Source: Eledone cirrhosa (lineage: Eukaryota). Taken from it: a stretch of 64,000 nt of DNA. The stretch is taken from contig OZ024743.1 of NCBI GenBank assembly GCA_964016885.1, positions 56,110,001-56,174,000 on the forward strand. Direction: 5' to 3'. Positions 1-12,000 of the stretch are shown here, one piece after another. Numbering within the stretch: position 1 is the first letter of the stretch; each line of letters starts with the position of its first letter. The position numbers and the translations under genes were made by a program. The notes beneath the pieces are model-generated. The model made no database searches. It saw nothing but the letters and a program-made list of their open reading frames with translations, and was not told the DNA's origin.

Positions 1-3000
1 CTTGGTGTTGTTGTTGATGTCCCGGGTGTTGTTGTTGGTGTCCTTGGTGTTGTTGTTGGTGTCCTTGGTGTTGTTGATGGTGTCCTTTGTGTTGTTGTTA
101 GTGTCCTTGTTATTGTTGATGGTTTCCTTGGTGTTGTTGTTGGTGTCCTTGGTGTTGTTGTTAATGTCCTTGGTGTTGTTGTGGATGTCCTTGGTGTTGT
201 TGATGTCCTTGGTATTGTTGTTGATGTCCTTGGTGTTGTTGATGTCGTTGGTATTGTTGTTGATGTCCTTGGTGTTGTTGTGGATGTCCTTGGTGTTGTT
301 TTTGATGTTCTTGGTGCTGTTGTTGATGTCCTTGGTGTTGTTGTTGATGTCCTTGGTATTGTTGTTGATGTCCTTGGTGTTGTTGTTGATGTCCTTGGTG
401 TTGTTGTTGATGTCCTTGGTGTTGTTGGTGTCCTTGATGCTGTTGTTTATGTCCTTGGTGTTGTTGATGGTGTCCTTGGTGTTGTTTTTGATGTCCTTGG
501 TGTTGTTGTTGATGTCCTTGGTGTTGTTGGTGTCCTTGATGTTGTTGTTAATGTCCTTGGTGTTGTTGATGGTGTCCTTGGTGTTGTTGTTGATGTCCTT
601 GGTGTTGTTGTTGATGACCTTGGTGGTGTTGATGTCCATACTGTTGTTGTTGATGACCTTGGTGTTGTTGATGCTGTCCTTGGTGTTGTTGATATCCTTG
701 GTGTTGTTGTTGATGTCCTTGGTGTTGTTGGTGTCCTTGATGTTGTTGTTTATGTTCTTGGTATTGTTGTTGATGTCCTTGGTGTTGTTGGTGTCCTTGG
801 TATTGTTGGTGGTGTCCTTGGTGTTGTTGTTGGTGTCCTTGGTATTGTTGCTGGTGTCCTTGGTGTTGTTGTTGGTGTCCTTGTATTGCTGTTGATATCC
901 TTTGTGTTGTTGGTGTTCTTGGCGTTGTTGTTGATCTCCTTGGTGTTGTTGTTGATCTCCTTCGTGTTGTTGTTGATCTCCTTGGTGTTGTTGTTGATGT
1001 CCTTGGTTTTGTTGATGTGATCCTTGGTGTTGTTGATGTTGTTCTTTGTGTTGTTGTTGGTGTCCTTGGTTTTGTTGATGTGATGATTGGTGTTGTTATT
1101 ATTGTTCTTTGTGTTGCTGTTGGTGTCCTTGGTATTGTTGTTGGTGTCCTTGGTATTATTGATGGTGTCCTTGTTGTTGTTGATGTTGTCCTTGGTGTTG
1201 TTGTGGTCCTTGGTGTTGTTGATGTTGTCCTTGGTGTTGTTATTGGTGTCCTTGGTGTTGTTGATGGTGTCCTTGGTGTGGTTGTTGGTGTCCTTGGTGT
1301 TGTTGTTGATGTCCTTGGTGCTGTTGTTGGTGTCCTTGGTATTGTTGTTGGTGTCCTTGGTGTTGTTGTTGGTGGCCTTGGTGTTGTTGTTGATGTCCTT
1401 GGTGTTGTTGTTGATGTCCTTGGTGCTGTTGTTGGTGTCCTGGTGTTGTTGTTGGTGTACTTGGCGTTGTTGTTGATGTCCTTGTTATTGTTGTTGATGT
1501 CCTTGGTGTGTTGTTGATCTCTTTGGTGTTGTTGTTGATGTCCTTGGTGTTGTTGTTGGTGTCCCTGTTGTTGTTGTTGGAGTCCTTGGTGTTGTTCTTG
1601 ATGTCCTTGTTGTTGTGGTTGGTGTCCCTGTTGTTGTTGTTGGTGTCCTTGGTATTGTTGTTGATGTCCTTGGTGTTGTTATTGGTGTCCTTGGTATTGT
1701 TGTTGATGTCCTTGGTGTTGTTGTCCTTCCTGTTGTTGACGCTGTCCTTCGTGTTGTTGTTGGTGTCCTTGGTGTTGTTGTGGTCCTTGGTGTTGTTTAT
1801 GTTGTCCTTGGTGTTGTTATTGGTGTCCTTGATGTTGCTGTTGGTGTCCTTGGTGTTGTTGATCGTGTCCTTGGTGTTGTGGATGTCCTTGGTGTTGTGG
1901 ATGTCCTTGATGTTGACGTTGGTGTTGTTGTTGGTGTCCTTGGTGTTGTTGTTGATGTCCTTGGTGTTGTTGTTGGTGTCCTTGGTGTTGTTGATGGTGT
2001 CCTGGGTATTGTTGTTGGTGTCCTTGGCTTTGTTGTTGATGTCCTTGGTGTTGTTGTTGATGTCCTTGGTGCTGTTGTTGATGTCCTTGGTATTGTTGTT
2101 GGTGTCCTTGGTATTGTTGATGGTGTCCTTGGTTTTGTTGTTGTCCTTGGTATTGTTGTTGCTGTCCTTGATGTTGTTGTTGATGGCCTTGGTGCTGTTG
2201 TTGACGTCCTTGGTGTTGTTGTTGGTGTCCTTTGTGTTGTTGTTGGTGTCCTTGGTGTTGTTTTTGGTGTCCTTGGTGTTGTTGTTGATGTCCTTGCTGT
2301 TGTTGTTGGTGTCATTGGTGTTGTAGTTGGTGTCCTTGGTGTTGTTTTTGGTGTCCTTGGTGTTGTTGTTGATGTCCTTGCTGTTGTTGTTGGTGTCCTT
2401 GGTGTTGTTGATGGTGTCCTTGGTATTGTTGTTGATGTCCTTGGTGTTGTTGTTGGTGTCCTTGGTGTTGTTGTTGGTGTCCTTGGTATTGTTGTTGGTG
2501 ACCTTGGTATTGTTGATGGTTTCCTTGGTATTGTTGTTGGTGACCTTGGTATTGTTGTTGATGTCCTTGGTGTTGTTGTTGGTGTCCTTGGTATTGTTGT
2601 TGATGTCCTTGGTGTTGTAGTTGGTGTCCTTGGTATGTTGTTGGTGTCCTTGGTGTTGTTGTTGGTGTCCTTGGTGTTGTTGTTGATGTCCCGGGTGTTG
2701 TTGTTGGTGTCCTTGGTGTTGTTGATGGTGTCCTTTGTGTTGTTGTTGATGTCCTTGGTGTTGTTGGTGTCCTTGATGTTGTTGTTTATGTTCTTGGTAT
2801 TGTTGTTGATGTCCTTGGTGTTGTTGGTGTCCTTGGTATTGTTGTTGGTGTCCTTGGTGTTGTTGTTGGTGTCCTTGGTATTGTTGCTGGTGTCCTTGGT
2901 GTTGTTGTTGGTGTCCTTGGTATTGCTGTTGATATCCTTTGTGTTGTTGGTGTTCTTGGCGTTGTTGTTGATCTCCTTGGTGTTGTTGTTGATCTCCTTC

Positions 3001-6000
3001 GTGTTGTTGTTGATCTCCTTGGTGTTGTTGTTGATGTCCTTGGTTTTGTTGATGTGATCCTTGGTGTTGTTGATGTTGTTCTTTGTGTTGTTGTTGGTGT
3101 CTTTGGTTTTGTTGATGTGATCCTTGGTGTTGTTATTGTTGTTCTTTGTGTTGTTGTTGGTGTCCTGGGTATTGTTGTTGGTGTCCTTGGTATTATTGAT
3201 GGTGTCCTTGTTGTTGTTGATGTTGTCCTTGGTGTTGTTGTTGGTGTCCTTGGTGTTGTTGTTGATGTCCTTGGTGATGTTTTTGATGTCCTTGGTGTTG
3301 TTGTTGGTGTCCTTGGTGTTGTTGTTGGTGTCCTTGGTATTGTTGTTGGTGTCCTTGGTGTTGTTGTTGGTGTTTTTGGTGTTGTTTTTGGTGTCCTTGG
3401 TGTTGTTGGTGTCCTTGGTGTTGTTGTTGGTGTCTTTGGTGTTGTTGGTGTCCTTGGTGTTGTTGTTGGTGTCCTTGGTGTTGTTGATGGTGTCCTTGGT
3501 GTTGTTGTTAGTGTCCCTGTTGTTGTTGTTGGTGTCATTGGTATTGTTGTTGATGTCCTTGGTGTTGTTGTTGGTGTCCTTGGTGTTGTTGTTGATGTCT
3601 TTGGTGTTGTTATTGATGGTGTCCTTGGTGTTGTTGTTGTTGGTGTCCTTGTTGTTGTTGTTGGTGGTGTCCTTGGTGTTGTTGTTGGTGTCCTTGGTGT
3701 TGTTGATGTCCTTGGTGTTGTTGTTGATGTCCTTGGTGTTGTTGTTTATGTCCTTGGTGTTGGTGGTGTGATTGGTGTTGTTGTTGTTGGTGTCCTTGGT
3801 GTTGTTGTTGTTGGTGTCCTTGGTGTTGTTGTTTATGTTCTTGGTATTGTTGTTGATGTCCTTGGTGTTGTTGGTGTCCTTGGTATTGTTGTTGGTGTCC
3901 TTGGTGTTGTTGTTGGTGTCCTTGGTATTGTTGCTGGTGTCCTTGGTGTTGTTGTTGGTGTCCTTGGTATTGCTGTTGATATCCTTTGTGTTGTTGGTGT
4001 TCTTGGCGTTGTTGTTGATCTCCTTGGTGTTGTTGTTGATGTCCTTGGTTTTGTTGATGTGATCCTTGGTGTTGTTGATGTTGTTGTTTGTGTTGTTGTT
4101 GGTGTCCTTGGTTTTGTTGATGTGATCCTTGGTGTTGTTATTATTGTTCTTTGTGTTGTTGTTGGTCTTCCTTGGTATTGTTGTTGGTGTCCTTGGTATT
4201 ATTGATGGTGTCCTTGTTGTTGTTGATGTTGTCCTTGGTGTTGTTGTGGTCCTTGGTGTTGTTGATGTTGTCCTTGGTGTTGTTATTGGTGTCCTTGGTG
4301 TTGTTGATGGTGTCCTTGGTGTGGTTGTTGGTGTCCTTGGTGTTGTTGTTGATGTCCTTGGTGCTGTTGTTGGTGTCCTTGGTATTGTTGTTGGTGTCCT
4401 TGGTGTTGTTGTTGGTGGCCTTGGTGTTGTTGTTGATGTCCTTGGTGTTGTTGTTGATGTCCTTGGTGCTGTTGTTGGTGTCCTGGTGTTGTTGTTGGTG
4501 TACTTGTCCTTGGTGCTGTTGTTGATGTCCTTGTTATTGTTGTTGATGTCCTTGGTGTGTTGTTGATCTCTTTGGTGTTGTTGTTGATGTCCTTGGTGTT
4601 GTTGTTGGTGTCCCTGTTGTTGTTGTTGGAGTCCTTGGTGTTGTTCTTGATGTCCTTGTTGTTGTGGTTGGTGTCCCTGTTGTTGTTGTTGGTGTCCTTG
4701 GTATTGTTGTTGATGTCCTTGGTGTTGTTATTGGTGTCCTTGGTATTGTTGTTGATGTCCTTGGTGTTGTTGTCCTTCCTGTTGTTGACGCTGTCCTTCG
4801 TGTTGTTGTTGGTGTCCTTGGTGTTGTTGTGGTCCTTGATGTTGTTTATGTTGTCCTTGGTGTTGTTATTGGTGTCCTTGATGTTGTTGTTGGTGTCCTT
4901 GGTGTTGTTGATCGTATCCTTGCTGTTGTGGATGTCCTTGGTGTTGTGGATGTCCTTGATGTTGACGTTGGTGTTGTTGTTGGTGTCCTTGGTGTTGTTG
5001 TTGATGTCCTTGGGTTTTGTTGTTGGTGTCCTTGGTGTTGTTGATGGTGTCCTTGGTATTGTTGTTGGTGTCCTTGGTGTTGTTGGTGTCCTTGGTATTG
5101 TTGGTGTCCTTGGTATTGTTGTTGATGTCCTTGGTGTTGTTGTTGGTGTCCTTGGTGTTGTTGATGGTGTCCTGGGTATTGTTGTTGGTGTCCTTGGCTT
5201 TGTTGTTGATGTCCTTGGTGTTGTTGTTGATGTCCTTGGTGCTGTTGTTGATGTCCTTGGTATTGTTGTTGGTGTCCTTGGTATTGTTGATGGTGTCCTT
5301 GGTTTTGTTGTTGTCCTTGGTATTGTTGTTGCTGTCCTTGATGTTGTTGTTGAGGGCCTTGGTGCTGTTGTTGACCTCCTTGGTGTTGTTGTTGGTGTCC
5401 TTTGTGTTGTTGTTGGTGTCCTTGGTGTTGTTTTTGGTGTCCTTGGTGTTGTTGTTGATGTCCTTGATGTTGTTGTTGGTGTCCTTGGTGTTGTTGTTGG
5501 TGTCCTTGGTGTTGTTTTTGGTGTCCTTGGTGTTGTTGTTGATGTCCTTGCTGTTGTTGTTGGTGTCCTTGGTGTTGTTGATGGTGTCCTTGGTATTGAT
5601 GTTGATGTCCTTGGTGTTGTTGTTGGTGTCCTTGGTGTTGTTGTTGGTGTCCTTGGTATTGTTGTTGGTGACCTTGGTATTGTTGATGGTGTCCTTGGTA
5701 TTGTTGTTGGTGACCTTGGTATTGTTGTTGATGTCCTTGGTGTTGTTGTTGGTGTCCTTGGTATTGTTGTTGATGTCCTTGGTGTTGTAGTTGGTGTCCT
5801 TGGTATGTTGTTGGTGTCCTTGGTGTTGTTGTTGGTGTCCTTGGTGTTGTTGTTGATGTCCCGGGTGTTGTTGTTCGTGTCCTTGGTGTTGTTGATGGTG
5901 TCCTTTGTGTTGTTGTTAGTGTCCTTGGTATTGTTGATGGTTTCCTTGGTGTTGTTGTTGGTGTCCTTGGTGTTGTTGTTAATGTCCTTGGTGTTGTTGT

Positions 6001-9000
6001 GGATGTCCTTGGTGTTGTTGATGTCCTTGGTATTGTTGTTGATGTCCTTGGTGTTGTTGATGTCCTTGGTATTGTTGTTGATGTCCTTGGTGTTGTTGAT
6101 GTCCTTGGTATTGTTGTTGATGTCCTTGGTGTTGTTGTGGATGTCCTTGGTGTTGTTTTTGATGTTCTTGGTGCTGTTGTTGATGTCCTTGGTGTTGTTG
6201 TTGATGTCCTTGGTATTGTTGTTGATGTCCTTGGTGTTGTTGTTGATGTCCTTGGTGTTGTTGTTGATGTCGTTGGTGTTGTTGGTGTCCTTGATGTTGT
6301 TGTTTATGTCCTTGGTGTTGTTGATGGTGTCCTTGGTGTTGTTTTTGATGTCCTTGGTGTTGTTGTTGATGTCCTTGGTGTTGTTGGTGTCCTTGATGTT
6401 GTTGTTAATGTCCTTGGTGTTGTTGATGGTGTCCTTGGTGTTGTTGTTGATGTCCTTGGTGTTGTTGTTGATGACCTTGGTGGTGTTGATGTCCATACTG
6501 TTGTTGTTGATGACCTTGGTGTTGTTGATGCTGTCCTTGGTGTTGTTGATATCCTTGGTGTTGTTGTTGATGTCCTTGGTGTTGTTGGTGTCCTTGATGT
6601 TATTGTTTATGTTCTTGGTATTGTTGTTGATGTCCTTGGTGTTGTTGGTGTCCTTGGTATTGTTGTTGGTGTCCTTGGTGTTGTTGTTGGTGTCCTTGGT
6701 ATTGTTGCTGGTGTCCTTGGTGTTGTTGTTGGTGTCCTTGGTATTGCTGTTGATATCCTTTGTGTTGTTGGTGTTCTTGGCGTTGTTGTTGATCTCCTTG
6801 GTGTTGTTGTTGATCTCCTTCGTGTTGTTGTTGATCTCCTTGGTGTTGTTGTTGATGTCCTTGGTTTTGTTGATGTGATCTTTGGTGTTGTTGATGTTGT
6901 TCTTTGTGTTGTTGTTGGTGTCCTTGGTTTTGTTGATGTGATCCTTGGTGTTGTTATTGTTGTTCTTTGTGTTGTTGTTGGTGTCCTGGGTATTGTTGTT
7001 GGTGTCCTTGGTATTATTGATGGTGTCCTTGTTGTTGTTGATGTTGTCCTTGGTGTTGTTGTTGGTGTCCTTGGTGTTGTTGTTGATGTCCTTGGTGATG
7101 TTGTTGATGTCCTTGGTGTTGTTGTTGGTGTCCTTGGTGTTGTTGTTGGTGTCCTTGGTATTGTTGTTGGTGTCCTTGGTGTTGTTGTTGGTGTTTTTGG
7201 TGTTGTTTTTGGTGTCCTTGGTGTTGTTGATGTCCTTGGTGTTGTTGTTGGTGTCTTTGGTGTTGTTGTTGGTGTCTTTGGTGTTGTTGGTGTCCTTGGT
7301 GTTGTTGTTGGTGTCCTTGTATTTGTTGTTTGTGTCCTTGGTGGTGTTGTTGATGTCCTTGGTGTTGTTGTTGATGTCATTGGTGTTGTTGTTGATGTCC
7401 TTGGTGTTGTTGGTGTCCTTGGTGTTGTTGTTGGTGTCCTTGGTGTTGTTGATGGTGTCCTTGGTGTTGTTGTTAGTGTCCCTGTTGTTGTTGTTGGTGT
7501 CATTGGTATTGTTGTTGATGTCCTTGGTGTTGTTGTTGGTGTCCTTGGTGTTGTTGTTGATGTCTTTGGTGTTGTTATTGATGGTGTCCTTGGTGTTGTT
7601 GTTGTTGGTGTCCTTGTTGTTGTTGTTGTTGGTGTCCTTGGTGTTGTTGTTGGTGTCCTTGGTGTTGTTGATGTCCTTGGTGTTGTTGTTGATGTCCTTG
7701 GTGTTGTTGTTGGTGTCCTTGGTGTTGTTGTTGATGTCCTTGGTGTTGTTGTTGAAGTCCTTGGTGTTGTTGTTGGTGTCATTGGTATTGTTGATGATGT
7801 CCTTGGTGTTGTTGTTGATGTCCTTGGTGTTGTTGTTTGTGTCCTTGGTATTGTTGTTGATGTCCTTGGTGTTGTTGTTGATGACCTTGGTGGTGTTGAT
7901 GTCCATACTGTTGTTGTTGATGACCTTGGTCTTGTTGATGCTGTCCTTGGTGGTGTTGATATCCTTGGTGTTGTTGTTGATGTCCTTGGTGTTGTTGGTG
8001 TCCTTGATGTTGTTGTTTATGTTCTTGGTATTGTTGTTGATGTCCTTGGTGTTGTTGGTGTCCTTGGTATTGTTGTTGGTGTCCTTGGTGTTGTTGTTGG
8101 TGTCCTTGCTATTGTTGCTGGTGTCCTTGGTGTTGTTGTTGGTGTCTTTGGTGTTGTTGTTGGTGTCTTTGGTGTTGTTGGTGTCCTTGGTGTTGTTGTT
8201 GGTGTCCTTGTAGTTGTTGTTGGTGTCCTTGGTGGTGTTGTTGATGTCCTTGGTGGTGTTGTTGATGTCATTGGTGTTGTTGTTGATGTCCTTGGTGTTG
8301 TTGGTGTCCTTGGTGTTGTTGTTGGTGTCCTTGGTGTTGTTGATGGTGTCCTTGGTGTTGTTGTTAGTGTCCCTGTTGTTGTTGTTGGTGTCATTGGTAT
8401 TGTTGTTGATGTCCTTGTTGTTGTTGTTGGTGTCCTTGGTGTTGTTGTTGATGTCTTTGTTGTTGTTGTTGATGGTGTCCTTGGTGTTGTTGTTGTTGGT
8501 GTCCTTGTTGTTGTTGTTGTTGGTGTCATTGGTGTTGTTGTTGGTGTCCTTGGTGTTGTTGTTGGTGTCCTTGGTGTTGTTAATGTCCTTGGTGTTGTTG
8601 TTGATGTCATTGGTGTTGTTGTTGATGTCCTTGGTGTTGGTGGTGTGCTTGGTGTTGTTGTTGGAGTCCTTGGTGTTGTTGTTGTTGGTGTCCTTGGTGT
8701 TGTTGTTAGTGTCCTTGGTATTGTTGTTGATGTCTTTGGTGTTGTTGTTGATGGTGTCCTTGGTGTTGTTGTTGTTGGTGTCCTTGGTGTTGTTGTTGTT
8801 GGTGTCCTTGGTGTTGTTGTTGGTGTCCTTGGTGTTGTTGATGTCCTTGGTGTTGTTGTTGATGTCCTTGGTGTTCTTGTTGGTGTCCTTGGTGTTGTTG
8901 GTGGTGGCCTTGTTGTTGTTGTTGATGTCCTTGGTGTTTTTATTGGTGCCCTTTGTGTTGTTGTTGGTGTCCTTGGTGTTGTTGTTGATGTCCTTGGTAT

Positions 9001-12000
9001 TGTTGTTGATGTCCTTGGTGTTGTTGTTGGTGTCCCTGTTGTTGTTGTTGGTGTCCTTGGTGTTGTTGTTGATGTCCTTGGTGTTGTTGTTGATGTCCTT
9101 GGTGTTGTTGATGGTGTCCTTGGTGTTGTTGATGGTGTCCTTGGTGTTTTTGTTGATGTTCTTGGTGTTGTTGTTGATGTCCTTGGTGTTGTTGATGGTG
9201 TCCTTGGTGTTGTTGTTGATGTTCTTGGTGTTGTTGTTGATGTCCTTGGTATTTTTTATGGTTTCCTTGGTGTTGTTGTTGATGTCCTTGGTGTTGTTGT
9301 TGGTGTCCTTGTTGTTATTGTTGATGTCCTTGGTGTTGTTGTTGGTGTCCTTGGTGTTGTTGTTGATGTGCTTGGTGTTGTTGTTGGTGTCCTTGGTGTT
9401 GTTAATGTCCTTGGTGTTGTTGTTGCTGTCCTTGGTGTTGTTGATGGTGTCCTTGGTGTTGTTTTTGATGTCCTTGGTCTTGTTGTTGATGTCCTTGGTG
9501 TTGTTGATGTCCTTGGTGTTGTTGTTGGTGTCCTTGGTGTTGTTGTTGATGTCCTTGGTGTTGTTGATGTCCTTGGTGTTGTTGTTGGTGTCCTTGGTGT
9601 TGTTGTTGGTGTCCTTGGTGTTGTTGTTAATGTCATTGGTGTTGTTGTTGGTGTCCTTGGTGTTGTTGTTGGTGTCCTTGGTGTTGTTGATGTCCTTGGG
9701 GTTGTTGTTGGTGTCTTTGGTGTTTTTGTTGGTGTCTTTGGTGTTGTTGGTGTCCTTGGTGTTGTTGTTGGTGTCCTTGTAGTTGTTGTTGGTGTCCTTG
9801 GTGTTGTTGATGGTGTCCTTGGTGTTGTTGTTAGTGTCCCTGTTGTTGTTGTTGGTGTCATTGGTATTGTTGTTGATGTCCTTGGTGTTGTTGTTGGTGT
9901 CCTTGGTGTTGTTGTTGATGTCTTTGTTGTTGTTGTTGATGGTGTCCTTGGTGTTGTTGTTGTTGGTATCCTTGTTGTTGTTGTTGTTGGTGTCCTTGGT
10001 GTTGTTGTTGGTGTCCCTGGTGTTGTTGTTGGTGTCCTTGGTGTTGTTGATGTCCTTGGTGTTGTTGTTGATGTCCTTGGTGTTGTTGTTGATGTCCTTG
10101 GTGTTGTTGTTGTTGGTGTCCTTGGTGTTGTTGTTGTTGGTGTCCTTGGTGTTGTTGTTAGTGTCCTTGGTATTGTTATTGATGTCTTTGGTGTTGTTGT
10201 TGATGGTGTCCTTGGTGTTGTTGTTGTTGGTGTCCTTGGTGTTGTTGTTGTTGGTGTCCTTGGTGTTGTTATTGGTGTCCTTGGTGTTGTTGATGTCCTT
10301 GGTGTTGTTGTAGATGTCCTTGGTGTTGTTGTTGGTGTCCTTGGTGTTGTTGTTGATGTCCTTGGTGTTGTTGTTGATGTCCTTGGTGTTGTTGTTGGTG
10401 TCATTGGTATTGTTGATGATGTCCTTGGTGTTGTTGTTGATGTGCTTGGTGTTGTTGTTGATGTCCTTGGTGTTGTTGTTGATGTCCTTGGTGTTGTTGT
10501 TTGTGTCCTTGGTATTGTTGTTGATGTCCTTGGTGTTGTTGTTGATGTCCTTGGTGTTGTTGATGTCCTTGGGGTTGTTGTTGGTGTCTTTGGTGTTGTT
10601 GTTGGTGTCTTTGGTGTTGTTGGTGTCCTTGGTGTTGTTGTTGGTGTCCTTGTAGTTGTTGTTGGTGTCCTTGGTGGTGTTGTTGATGTCCTTGGTGGTG
10701 TTGTTGATGTCATTGGTGTTGTTGTTGATGTCCTTGGTGTTGTTGGTGTCCTTGGTGTTGTTGTTGGTGTCCTTGGTGTTGTTGATGGTGTCCTTGGTGT
10801 TGTTGTTAGTGTCCCTGTTGTTGTTGTTGGTGTCATTGGTATTGTTGTTGATGGTGTCCTTGGTGTTGTTGTTGATGTTCTTGGTGTTGTTGTTGATGTC
10901 CTTGGGGTTGTTGATGGTGTCCTTCGTGTTGTTGTTGATGTTCTTGGTGTTGTTGTTGATGTCCTTGGTATTTTTGATGGTTTCCTTGGTGTTGTTGTTG
11001 ATGTCCTTGGTGTTGTTGTTGGTGTCCTTGTTGTTTTTGTTGATGTCCTTGGTGTTGTTGTTGGTGTCCTTGGTGTTGTTGTTGATGTCCTTGGTGTTGT
11101 TGTTGATGTCCTTGGTGTTGTTGTTGATGTCCTTGGTGTTGTTGTTGGTGTCCTTGGTGTTGTTGATGGTGTCCTTGGTGTTGTTGTTGATGTCCTTGGT
11201 GTTGTTGTTGATGTCTTTGGTGTTGTTGATGTCCTTGGTGTTGTTGTTGGTGTCCTTTGTGTTGTTGTTGATGTCCTTGGTGTTGTTGATGTCCTTGGTG
11301 TTGTTGTTGGTGTTCTTGGTGTTGTTGTTGGTGTTCTTGGTGTTGTTGTTGGTGTCCTTGGTGTTGTTGTTAATGTCATTGGTGTTGTTGTTGGTGTCCT
11401 TGGTTTTGTTGTTGGTGTCCTTGGTGTTGTTGTTGATGTCCTTGGTGTTGTTGTTGGTGTCCTTGGTGTTGTTGTTGGTGTCCTTGGTGTTGTTAATGTC
11501 CTTGGTGTTGTTGTTGATGTCCTTGGTGTTGTTGATGTCCTTGGTGTTGTTGTTGGTGTCCTTGGTGTTGTTGTTGATTTCCTTGGTGTTGTTGTTGATG
11601 TCCTTGGTGTTGTTGTTGGTGTCCTTGGTATTGTTGATGATGTCCTTGGTGTTGTTGTTGATGTCCTTGGTGTTGTTGTTTGTGTCCTTGGTATTGTTGT
11701 TGATGTCCTTGGTGTTGTTGTTGATGTCCTTGGTGTTGTTGATGTCCTTGGTGTTGTTGTTGGTGTCCTTGGTGTTGTTGTTGGTGTCCTTGGTGTTGTT
11801 GTTAATGTCCTTGGTGTTGTTGTTGATGTCCTTGGTGTTGTTGTTGGTGTCCTTGGTGTTGTTGTTGGTGTCCTTGGTGTTGTTGATGGTGTCCTTGGTG
11901 TTGTTGTTCGTGTCCTTGTTGTTGTTGTTGGTGTCCTTGGTGTTGTTGATGTCCTTGGTGTTGTTGTTGGTGTCCTTGGTGTTGTTGTTGGTGTCCTTGG